The notes under the pieces: generated by a model
What the model was told of the DNA's origin: nothing
What the model saw: only the letters and a program-made list of their open reading frames with translations
Databases searched by the model: none
Source: a virus
Lineage: Duplodnaviria > Caudoviricetes
Virus record (IMG/VR): IMGVR_UViG_3300032296_001930
Span: 1-55,249 of that record
Length of the DNA stretch: 55,249 bases
Reading direction: 5' to 3' (one strand)
Position numbers and translations under genes: made by a program
Shown: positions 16,452-25,078 of the stretch, piece after piece
Position numbering within the stretch: position 1 is the stretch's first letter
Layout: each line of letters starts with the position of its first letter

Positions 16452-17507
16452 TTACTCCCCGGGGCCGCCAACAATCGGAACTGCATTGCCGCTGGTGTCG
16501 TAGTACGAGCCGGTTTCCTTGTCGTAGTACACCGGCACACCTGCGGCGTTTTGACCCGCAAACTCGGTTGCATCCACATTGAATGACGCCCCGCCAAGTT
16601 TGCTCAACAAGGCCCTGCCCCAGTCAAACAGTTTGTTGGTTCCGACGCCCACAGCATTACCACCGGCACCAGTGGTTCCGCCCTGCGTCGCACCGATCAG
16701 TGACAGCACGCCGAGCACATTTTCCAGATCGGACTTCTGGTACTGGCCAGCCGTTCCCGGGCCGACCCGAGTACTGGTCTGAGTCGTTGGCACTTGGTAG
16801 CCGCGCATCAGGCCAGAGGCCGTGGTGGCGGTCTTCAAGGGATAGTCAAGCAGGCTCTGCTCATATGCCTGACGCTCCGCACCGGCCTTGGTCAAAGCAC
16901 CTGCGCCGGTCAGCCCCAGATCCTGCTGCATCTTGGCCGCCTGAGCCTGCTGCTGGCCAGCCTGAGTCAGGAAGGGCAACTCACCCAGCGCGGTCTTCAG
17001 GGCCTCGCTGTAGCCGCTCTGGAGGGCCTGAGACTGTTGTCCCATTAGGTTGCGCTGGGCGTCACTCATGGCCTGACCCAGAGCACCGGCATAGCGTTGA
17101 CCACCAAGACCACCGCTGCCAACAAAACCGGCCTTCAGGGTCGGAAGCACAGAGCGCTGGAGGGACTGCTGCTGGAGCCGCTCCATCTCATCGACCACCG
17201 CGCTGGTGTACGGATTCATCAGATCCTGTACGCGCTGGCCGGTGACGCCTTGCGCGGCGCGACTGAGGGTGTCCTGAGCGGCGCTCAGACCCGGCTTGTA
17301 GGAACCGGCGGCCTCGGGGATCTGGCCGTAGCCAACGCTTTGCAGAGCGTCGTAAGCGGCGATGCCCTCTTGCGGGGTTCGAGCCAATGCGCCCTGACCG
17401 GCCTTCGAGAGATCGGTCAGGTAATTGGTGTAGTAGTCTGGCGCAGTGTCTACTCGGGTATCGGTCGTCTTGATATCCGGCAGCGGCGCTCCTTGGGTGA
17501 TTGCCAT
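16452..17507 (-). CDS. Putative DNA transfer/pilot ejection protein
   Basis: Gln/Ala/Gly-rich; MNPY..VV...GG.GG.R pattern typical of podovirus ejection proteins. Confidence 0.65.
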   Translation of the reverse strand: MAITQGAPLPDIKTTDTRVDTAPDYYTNYLTDLSKAGQGALARTPQEGIAAYDALQSVGYGQIPEAAGSYKPGLSAAQDTLSRAAQGVTGQRVQDLMNPYTSAVVDEMERLQQQSLQRSVLPTLKAGFVGSGGLGGQRYAGALGQAMSDAQRNLMGQQSQALQSGYSEALKTALGELPFLTQAGQQQAQAAKMQQDLGLTGAGALTKAGAERQAYEQSLLDYPLKTATTASGLMRGYQVPTTQTSTRVGPGTAGQYQKSDLENVLGVLSLIGATQGGTTGAGGNAVGVGTNKLFDWGRALLSKLGGASFNVDATEFAGQNAAGVPVYYDKETGSYYDTSGNAVPIVGGPGE

Positions 17508-17509
17508 GG

Positions 17510-20500
17510 TTACCTCCTAGCCTTTCGTTTCGTGTCCTTCAGGTAGTCCAAAGGAGATTTCTTTGCCGGAGGAGGGAGATCCTGCGGCTTTGCCGACCGG
17601 TGATACGCCCGAATCGAGTGCATCATGTCGTAGAGTTTATCGCTGCCAGCCTTCGTTGAGCCATTTCCAAGGGCCGCGACGACATCCGCCGGGAAGACAA
17701 ACTCCCCGTCAGCCAGCATGGCCGGGATGTCATCGGACTGGCCGTCGCCGGGGCCGGTCACCGCATCACCGCGGCGGAAGTCCACGCGCATCTTGCCGGA
17801 GTGCTCGACCGTATTCAGACCGCCGCCAGCGTACCGGCCGTGCCGGGTACCGGTCGTGCCGCCTTCGGCCATCAAGACGCTGGCCAGCCCACCCTCCTTG
17901 GCACCCAGCGTGTAGGGCGTGAAGGCGGTTCCCATGCCCTTGAGCGGATTCAGGATCGCATCGATCTCGTTGGCCGTGCCGTAGGAGAAGTAATTCTGAT
18001 CCGGCTGCTGTTGCCCCTGTTGAGGCTGTTGCGCCTGCTGCGCTTGTTGTGTCTGTTGCATAGGTTGTCCAGTCGGCGTTTGTGCGGGGGTGTAGGTGCC
18101 CTCTTTCACGGTCTTGAGGAATTGCTCCAGAGGGCCTTCGAACTTGGCCGCCGGTGCGCCGGAGGTCATGAACGGGTCTTTGAAGGATGGCCCCGAAATA
18201 GCCTCATCACCGCCGCCGGGTCTGGCGACATAAGACATGGCCCGCTGGGTCAACTCCCTGCCCTTGGCGGCTTGGGCTGCGGCACGAGCGGCAGCGGCTT
18301 GACGCTCCTTCTCGGCCGCCATCTCGGTCTTGATGCCAGTGATCTCCCCGCCCAGCAGGGTTCCGACATCGGTGATCGCCGTCTGGAGGTTCTCGCCCAT
18401 CTGCACGCGGGCAAGCACCTCAGCCTTTTGGTTGGCGTTGAGTTCCTCGAACTGCGCCTGAGTCTCTTTGCTCAGGGTTTGCAGTTGGGTCTGAACTGCC
18501 TGATTGGTCTGGACAAGGTTTTGCTGGACGGTGTTGATGGCCGTCTCAAGGTTCTGCCCCATCTGCACCCGAGCATTGACCTCAGCCTTCTGCGCTGTTG
18601 ACATATTGTCAAAAGCGGTTTGGGTCTGCTGGCTCAGACTGGTGATCGACTCGCTGATGTTTTGCAGCGCCTGCTGGGTCTGGGTTCCCTGCTGGGCCAC
18701 CGTTTGGGCGACAGTGTTGATCGCGCTCTCAAGGTTCTGACCCTGCTGGACACGAGCGGCCACCTCGGCCTTCTGAGCGGCGCTCAGGGTGTCGAATGCG
18801 GTCTGGGTCTGCGTGCCCAGTTGAGTGACAGCGTTGCTGATGTTGTTGATGGCCGTCTGGGTGTTTGTCGCCAGATCAGTCACAGATTGCGAGGTCGCCA
18901 AATTTGCGGTTGCGTTGCTGATCGCTGTCTGCACCTGAGCCGGAGTGGCGGTCGCAGGCAACGCCGCCAGCGCGGTGTTGACAATGTTCTGCACCTGCGT
19001 CGAGGTCAAGCCCGGATTGGCCGCCATCGTGGTGTTGATCAGTTCCTGCACCTGCGCCGTGGTCAAGCCCGAGGCGGTCGTAGTGCCAGTAGTCGTACCG
19101 GTTCCGGCTGCGGTGCCAGTGGTAGAGCCGGTGCCCGCCGCTGTTCCGGTGGTCGTGCCCGTAGTGGCCCCAGTGCCAGCAGTCGTTCCAGTGGTTGTGC
19201 CTGTCGCGGTGCCAGCCGTAGAACCGGCAGTGGTGCCTGTGCCAGCAGTTGTTCCGGCAGTTGATCCAGTGCCCGCCGTTGTGCCAGCAGTGGTACCGGC
19301 GGTCGTACCCGTCGTGGTGCCAGCCGTTGTTCCGCCAGCGGTCGTTCCAACAGTGGTGCCCCCGGCCGTGGTTCCGCCGGTTGTCGTGCCACCAACAGTC
19401 GTTCCGGCGGTAGTCCCGCCAACAGTGGTTCCAGCGGTGGTGCCGCCGACGGTTGTTCCTGCCGTAGTTCCACCTGCGGTCGTTCCGGCGGTCGTTCCGC
19501 CAGTTGTCGTACCGGTAGTGGTGCCGCCAGTTGTCGTGCCGGTGGTCGTCCCGCCGGTCGTGGTTCCGGTGGTGCCGCCGGTAGTTGATGCAGCAGGAAC
19601 TACCGCGCCCTTGCTGATGGCGAGGACATCCGCAGAGGTCACAACGCCGTCTTTGTTCACATCGTAACGAAGGTCAACGGGCTTCTTGCCAAGAGCCATG
19701 TCCATCGCAGCGAGCGCATCGGGATTCGTTACCGTGCTGCCAGTAGTGCCGCCAACAGTCGCGGTGCCGCCACCTGTCGTGGTGGTCGCGCTGCCGGTAT
19801 CGGTGCCCGTGTTGGTCGTGCCACCCGTTTGAGTAGTCACAGAGCCGGTCGTGGTGCCGGAAGTTCCTCCGCCAGTGGTCACGCTGCTGCCCGGAGCCGT
19901 ACTCATCACGGCATTGGCCACCGCGGTTCCGAAGGTTTCCGCGTTCACGCCGCCGTTGGCCAGTGCGGTGTTGATCTGCGTCCTGAACACATCAGCGCCG
20001 ACCTCGTTGGTCAGGCTGTTCTTGATCGGCGCGAGTACCGCGTTGATCTGATCTTGATTCAAACCAGCAGAGGTCAGGCTGTTGGTCAGGTTCTGGTTGA
20101 GCACCCGATCCACCATCTCGTTGGCCAGCGTCTCTGCACGAGCGCCCGTAGCCCCGAGGTTCTGAAGCATATCGGCCGTGCGATCCTTGACCGTGCCGAT
20201 GCCGACACCACCGTTGCGAATGGTGTTCTCGATGCCCCTTGCAATCTGATCGATGTCGTACTGCTGGATGCCGAAAGTCTGGTAGACCTGATTGAGTGAC
20301 GGCAGCGTGGGGTTGAGCGAAGTCTCGCGGGTGTTCTCGGAGAACGGGTTCGCAGTGTTGGCGGCGTTGCGGAGGTTCTGAAGAGCCGTGCCCGTGGAGC
20401 CAGCAACACCCACCGCAGCAGTGGTGGCCAAAGCGGTATCCGCCAGTGCGTTCTTGTAGTCCTCGAAGGTTGCGTTCTTGCCCAGACCCACCGACAGCCA

Positions 20501-23500
20501 CTTGTCGGCGGCCATCTGTGCGGTGGTGGTCAGAAGTTCAGAGATCTGCTCGTTGCCCAGACCCAAGCCAAAGTTCTTCACCGAGTTGACGATCTGGCCA
20601 ACATCCCCGGTGATAGGTATGCCCTTCATGAGTTTGCTCATGCCCGGCACGCCCAAAGCCTCGCCGACGATCTCAAGCGAGGTCATCACCGCGGTGCGGA
20701 TGCCGTTCTGCTCAGGCGTAAGTTTCGTGAAGGTGAAAACCCCGTTCTGACGGGCTTCATCGGCGTTGTTCCATGTCCGGCCCTTGCTGTCGATCACGGC
20801 GTTGGAGCCTTCGATCCATGCATTGTTGGCCGCGATACCGCCAAGGGTTCCGATGGCCCCAAATGGGCCGCCAAGAGTCCAAGAGATGGCTGAGGAGATG
20901 CCAGAGGCAAGGCCGCCAGCAACGACACGCTCGTTGCCGACCAACTTGTTCATGGTCGTCTCTTTGTCCTTGGTCATCAGGTCTTGCAACTTGTCCAGCG
21001 TCGGAGTGTCGTAGCCGAACACCTCGCCCATGACCTGTCCGGCACGGGTCACCAAGCCCACCAGATCGTTGCCAGCGCCGCGGATACCTGCCCTTACGGT
21101 GCCGATGTAGTCGGTGTGATTCGATGCCTTGATCTCTCCAGTGGTAAACACCGGCGCATAGGTCTGGCCAGAGGTTCGCTCGGACACGCCCTTGTAGTTC
21201 TGAAGGTGGTCGTTGATCACCTTGTAGGTCGCCGAATCAGCGCCGCGCAGAAGGGCGGCACGCTGCTCAGGCGTAGCCTTGACATAGTTGTCGATGAAGG
21301 AGGACATCTCCTTCTCGCTGAGATCTGACGGGTTCGTGGCGCTATCGAATCGTCCAGTGATGTTGGACATCCGAATGGCCTCGGTCAGGCGGCCCTTCAC
21401 AAGGCTTACATCGCGAGTGTCGAAGTCACCGGTGGCCTGATTAACCGCGGTCTTGAATGCGGCCTCTTCCTTGGTGTCGGTGATGTAGGTGCGCGTGACG
21501 CCCTTGTCGTCAGTCCACTGGAAGGTCTTGCCCGGGCCGAGTTGCTTGCGTGCAGCAGCGTATGCCTGTCCGAACGAGACCTTCTGAGCCTGCGAAGCGC
21601 CGGGCGAGACATACCCGTCGGGAAGATCCAGACCGTTGATGGCACCACTTTGCGCGGCGGCCACCGAGTCGTCCTGATTCAGGAATGTTTGCGATTCGGC
21701 TGCGGTTGGCTTCCGATTGGCTATCGATTCGAATTCACGAGTGATCCGATCAATCGCGTGATCTTGGAACTTCGCCGAGTCGTAGTTGGTGAACGAAACG
21801 CCGGAGAAGCGCTTGGCTTCATCGTCGGTCAGCGTCAGGCCGTAATCGCGCTTGAAGATGTTCTGAACATCGGAGTACGACAACTGACGGCCAGCATCCG
21901 CGCCAAAGCGCACCACATTGCCTGTGGAGTCCTTAAATTCCAGACCGTTTTGAGACACGCCAGCGGCGTTCGTGAAGACCGGCTTGTTGACATAGTTGCC
22001 GCTCTCGTCGGGCACCATCTGATAGAACTTGCCGTCCTTCAGGGTCATGCCGTTGGACAGCGTGTAGGTGCCATCGCTGAAGTCGGTGACCTTGATTGCG
22101 CCCTCGTTCACGGCATCAATGGTCAGGTCGCGAGTTGCGATCTCGGCCACGATCTTGTTGTAGTTTTGAGCGGCGCGATCAGCGGCCTCTTTCGAGGTCG
22201 CGTAGTTCGTGTACTCCTTCTGATACTTGTCAGAAGCAGCCTTCAGGCGAGCGGCGATGTTGTCGCCGGACGGGGTCTCGATCTGGGCGCGAATTCCCTC
22301 AAGCAGGGCAACCGTCTGGGTAACAGAGTTCTCCTTGGCCTTCAGGCGATTGATAATGTCTTGAGTCTTCGCATCATCATTCAGCGCACTGAACGAATCC
22401 GAGGCGGCCTTGGCCGCAGCGCCAGCGTTGTTTGCGGTTGCGACATTGGCACGCGCAGCATCAAGGAACGACTGCTGAGTTGGGCCGTAATCCAAAGAGG
22501 TGGTTGGATTTCCCTCGGAGTCTAGAATGCTGCCATCGGGCACAAAAGCGTTGTAGTAGCCGCCGCTCTCGGGGTCGTAGCGCTGCTCATATCTGCCGCC
22601 AATGCGCTTGAAGTAGTACGAACCGTTTTCGTCTCCCGTAAACGAATACCCCAACTCGCGCATCTTTGCGTCGTAGTTCTCGTAGGCCCACTTGTTCTTC
22701 TCGTAGTCGGCCTTGGCTACCTCATAGATCGCCTTGTTGTCGTCAAAGGTCTTCTTGTAGGTGGTCAGTTGATCGGCGATGGGCGTGTACTCATCCTCGT
22801 AGATGTCCATGTACGCCGCCTGATCGGCCTTCAGCGTGGTAACGCCCTCGTTGTACTTCCTCGCCTCAGCGTCGTATTTGGCCTTGACGGCCACATAGTC
22901 GTCCTGCGCCTTCTGCGCGAGATCGGTCTTGCCGGTGAAGTCCTCGTAAGCCTTGACCGCGGTCTTGTAGAGTTCCGAGGAACCCATCTTCAGGGTAGCG
23001 TAGGCGATGTAGTTCGCAACAGCCTGAGTGGGATCTCCCTTGCCAGAAACAATCGTGTTCAGGGCGGTGCTGGTTGACCCCTTGAGCAGGTCGAGCGTGG
23101 TCTTGGAAAGGCCCCAGTTCGGGTCTTTGTTGATCTCAGTGAAGAAACTGTCCGTGCCGGTGTAGATCAGGCCCGAGGTGAAGCCTGAGGTGATGCCATC
23201 CATCACAGGCTTGCCGCTGAACAGGGCGTTCATGCCCCCAACCATGGCCTGACCAGCGGCGGAGGTAATCGTGTTGGCAACCGCAGCCGAGGTCGCCAAA
23301 GGGAGATCGAAGCCGCTGGAGATGGCCTCGGTCATGTCGGTCTTGAGATCGCCTAGCGCACTCTGTAGGCCGGTGGCCTGAAGGAAGTTTGCCGAGGCAT
23401 ACGACACAAATGCAGACTTTGCAATGTCTTCAAGGCCGCCGCCCCTAGACGCCGTGATGACTGCGGCCGTGACATAGGGCGGGATGCCGATCATGGCCCC

Positions 23501-23677
23501 GCCAATCTGAAGAATGGTCGGCAGCGGATCTTTCAGGACATTGGTGACGAATTTGCCGACGCCTTCGACCACATCGAAGACAGCATCAAACACACCCTCG
23601 ACGATGTCACCAAAAGCGCTGGCAATGCTGCCCAACGCATCGCCAAGTCCTTCAAAGAAATTGCTTACGGCACCCAT
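17510..23677 (-). CDS. Giant (2055 aa) multidomain internal virion protein
   Basis: Hydrophobic N-terminus, coiled coil, dockerin/EF-hand-like motif, Thr/Gly repeat, helical repeats, C-terminal GPG.G.SDDIPAML.DGEFV domain. Confidence 0.7.
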   Translation of the reverse strand: MGAVSNFFEGLGDALGSIASAFGDIVEGVFDAVFDVVEGVGKFVTNVLKDPLPTILQIGGAMIGIPPYVTAAVITASRGGGLEDIAKSAFVSYASANFLQATGLQSALGDLKTDMTEAISSGFDLPLATSAAVANTITSAAGQAMVGGMNALFSGKPVMDGITSGFTSGLIYTGTDSFFTEINKDPNWGLSKTTLDLLKGSTSTALNTIVSGKGDPTQAVANYIAYATLKMGSSELYKTAVKAYEDFTGKTDLAQKAQDDYVAVKAKYDAEARKYNEGVTTLKADQAAYMDIYEDEYTPIADQLTTYKKTFDDNKAIYEVAKADYEKNKWAYENYDAKMRELGYSFTGDENGSYYFKRIGGRYEQRYDPESGGYYNAFVPDGSILDSEGNPTTSLDYGPTQQSFLDAARANVATANNAGAAAKAASDSFSALNDDAKTQDIINRLKAKENSVTQTVALLEGIRAQIETPSGDNIAARLKAASDKYQKEYTNYATSKEAADRAAQNYNKIVAEIATRDLTIDAVNEGAIKVTDFSDGTYTLSNGMTLKDGKFYQMVPDESGNYVNKPVFTNAAGVSQNGLEFKDSTGNVVRFGADAGRQLSYSDVQNIFKRDYGLTLTDDEAKRFSGVSFTNYDSAKFQDHAIDRITREFESIANRKPTAAESQTFLNQDDSVAAAQSGAINGLDLPDGYVSPGASQAQKVSFGQAYAAARKQLGPGKTFQWTDDKGVTRTYITDTKEEAAFKTAVNQATGDFDTRDVSLVKGRLTEAIRMSNITGRFDSATNPSDLSEKEMSSFIDNYVKATPEQRAALLRGADSATYKVINDHLQNYKGVSERTSGQTYAPVFTTGEIKASNHTDYIGTVRAGIRGAGNDLVGLVTRAGQVMGEVFGYDTPTLDKLQDLMTKDKETTMNKLVGNERVVAGGLASGISSAISWTLGGPFGAIGTLGGIAANNAWIEGSNAVIDSKGRTWNNADEARQNGVFTFTKLTPEQNGIRTAVMTSLEIVGEALGVPGMSKLMKGIPITGDVGQIVNSVKNFGLGLGNEQISELLTTTAQMAADKWLSVGLGKNATFEDYKNALADTALATTAAVGVAGSTGTALQNLRNAANTANPFSENTRETSLNPTLPSLNQVYQTFGIQQYDIDQIARGIENTIRNGGVGIGTVKDRTADMLQNLGATGARAETLANEMVDRVLNQNLTNSLTSAGLNQDQINAVLAPIKNSLTNEVGADVFRTQINTALANGGVNAETFGTAVANAVMSTAPGSSVTTGGGTSGTTTGSVTTQTGGTTNTGTDTGSATTTTGGGTATVGGTTGSTVTNPDALAAMDMALGKKPVDLRYDVNKDGVVTSADVLAISKGAVVPAASTTGGTTGTTTGGTTTGTTTGGTTTGTTTGGTTAGTTAGGTTAGTTVGGTTAGTTVGGTTAGTTVGGTTTGGTTAGGTTVGTTAGGTTAGTTTGTTAGTTAGTTAGTGSTAGTTAGTGTTAGSTAGTATGTTTGTTAGTGATTGTTTGTAAGTGSTTGTAAGTGTTTGTTTASGLTTAQVQELINTTMAANPGLTSTQVQNIVNTALAALPATATPAQVQTAISNATANLATSQSVTDLATNTQTAINNISNAVTQLGTQTQTAFDTLSAAQKAEVAARVQQGQNLESAINTVAQTVAQQGTQTQQALQNISESITSLSQQTQTAFDNMSTAQKAEVNARVQMGQNLETAINTVQQNLVQTNQAVQTQLQTLSKETQAQFEELNANQKAEVLARVQMGENLQTAITDVGTLLGGEITGIKTEMAAEKERQAAAARAAAQAAKGRELTQRAMSYVARPGGGDEAISGPSFKDPFMTSGAPAAKFEGPLEQFLKTVKEGTYTPAQTPTGQPMQQTQQAQQAQQPQQGQQQPDQNYFSYGTANEIDAILNPLKGMGTAFTPYTLGAKEGGLASVLMAEGGTTGTRHGRYAGGGLNTVEHSGKMRVDFRRGDAVTGPGDGQSDDIPAMLADGEFVFPADVVAALGNGSTKAGSDKLYDMMHSIRAYHRSAKPQDLPPPAKKSPLDYLKDTKRKARR
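19070..19880 (-). repeat. Low-complexity Thr/Gly/Ala coding repeat (GGTTAGTT units)
   Basis: Visible in translation; codon-degenerate at DNA level. Confidence 0.9.
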
Positions 23678-24156
23678 TACTCACCCCTTGGCTTGCCGGT
23701 AACAGCCATGAACATACCCGTATTCGAGTCAAACTTGGCGTAGGCGTCTGGCAATTTAACTCGCCGCACGGCCGCTTTGAGAATCTTCACCATGGCGGGG
23801 CTGTGCGTCTGAGCGAAAAGAATATCGAAACCCATCTTGCGAGCCGCGTAGAAGCACTCGATGAGGTTGTTGATGTAGTTCGGTGCCGTGTCGGCGTTAA
23901 AACTCATCACAAAACCTGCCCGCTTGGGCAGGGCCTTGATGGCAAACATTGTGTTCCCCTGACGCAGCCGGATGAGGCTCGGGTCTTGGAACATCTTGAT
24001 CATCACGGTGTACTGCAACCGCTCCGGGGTCATCCCGACCTTCTTGGCCGCCTGCTCGTACTGCTTCAGGCCCTCTTTGAACTCGTGCGATGCAACGATG
24101 AAGATGTCGTTGGGCACGAGCATTCGCTGGTTTGAATCGACGACATGGATATTCAT
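23677..24156 (-). CDS. Hypothetical protein (position of T7 gp13/P22 gp14-like assembly proteins)
   Basis: 159-aa coupled ORF just upstream of the ejection genes; call is positional only. Confidence 0.6.
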   Translation of the reverse strand: MNIHVVDSNQRMLVPNDIFIVASHEFKEGLKQYEQAAKKVGMTPERLQYTVMIKMFQDPSLIRLRQGNTMFAIKALPKRAGFVMSFNADTAPNYINNLIECFYAARKMGFDILFAQTHSPAMVKILKAAVRRVKLPDAYAKFDSNTGMFMAVTGKPRGE

Positions 24157-24824
24157 GCGGCCACCTCGTAGCGCTTGTCGTCAAACCAATTCGGATGGAA
24201 CCGGGGGATGTAGATTGCCAGCATGGGGATCAAGACCTTTTTTGTCATCCACCAGCCCCAGTCGATCAATTCCAGCCACTGGCGCGGCTTTTTCCAATCG
24301 ACACTCTCCAAGACCTTGGTGGTTATAAAGCGGAGTACATAGGCTTGATTTTGCCTTGCTATGGCCCTCAAGTCTGTATCCGAATACCCCAACTCGCGCC
24401 AGATGTCGATGGCCAGATCCTTGTGCCCGATCTCTTCGCGGGCGTGCCACTGGAACAGCCGGTGGTCGCGCTCGGTCTGGCCCGGGAACCGGTCGAGGTA
24501 CATCCGGCCCATGCACACCGCCAAGTGCTCGATGGACACCATCGTGCCCAGCCAGACCTTGTGGCCGGGCTTCCTGTGGATAACTCGGGTCTTCTTCAGT
24601 TCCTCGGACTCGGCCTCAACCAGCCCGTACCGGCGGTTGTAGGACTCGTGCGCGTTGGCGTGGGAGATTTCCTCCCTCACGAAGGCGTCAATTCGGGCCG
24701 CCAAGGCGTCAGAAACGCTCGGACGATGGTGGGTGGCCACCGCAGCAAACGCACGCTCCCAAGCGGGGAAAAGCACGCTCACGGCGTGCCCATACTGAAC
24801 CCAGACCATCGGATCTTTGCTCAT
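24153..24824 (-). CDS. Ferritin-like diiron protein (predicted metal-dependent hydrolase family, PF10118-like)
   Basis: S.LFP..E..F, F.REE..H...H..YN, .EH, LF.WHA.EE..HK, Y.P.FHP motifs. Confidence 0.8.
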   Translation of the reverse strand: MSKDPMVWVQYGHAVSVLFPAWERAFAAVATHHRPSVSDALAARIDAFVREEISHANAHESYNRRYGLVEAESEELKKTRVIHRKPGHKVWLGTMVSIEHLAVCMGRMYLDRFPGQTERDHRLFQWHAREEIGHKDLAIDIWRELGYSDTDLRAIARQNQAYVLRFITTKVLESVDWKKPRQWLELIDWGWWMTKKVLIPMLAIYIPRFHPNWFDDKRYEVAA

Positions 24825-25078
24825 AGCGGGATCCTCGGGTTCATTGCGCCCAGCAGGGCGGCGGCCCAGTCCTGCCAGTCATCGTACTGGGCGGGGTTCG
24901 GCACGGCCTCGTTGGTGAAGACATCGATGGCCAGCAGGCCCTGACCCCACTGCTGCCAGTCGGTGTCGGCCGCGGGGATGGAGAGTTGCTGCGCGGCGTA
25001 CTGCTCGCACATCAGGCAGGCCCACGACTCGAAGGTGTGGTACCGGGGATCGTAGACGAATGCGTTGCTAGTAGCCAC
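24821..25078 (-). CDS. Small Trp-rich virion-associated protein
   Basis: DPR...W...WQ.W...P.P..Y.DWQDWA; follows the tail stabilisation gene. Confidence 0.65.
   Translation of the reverse strand: MATSNAFVYDPRYHTFESWACLMCEQYAAQQLSIPAADTDWQQWGQGLLAIDVFTNEAVPNPAQYDDWQDWAAALLGAMNPRIPL

Noticed and set aside
19070-19880. CRISPR-like or non-coding repeat array
   Set aside because: Repeats are in-frame, codon-degenerate Thr/Gly units with no unique spacers
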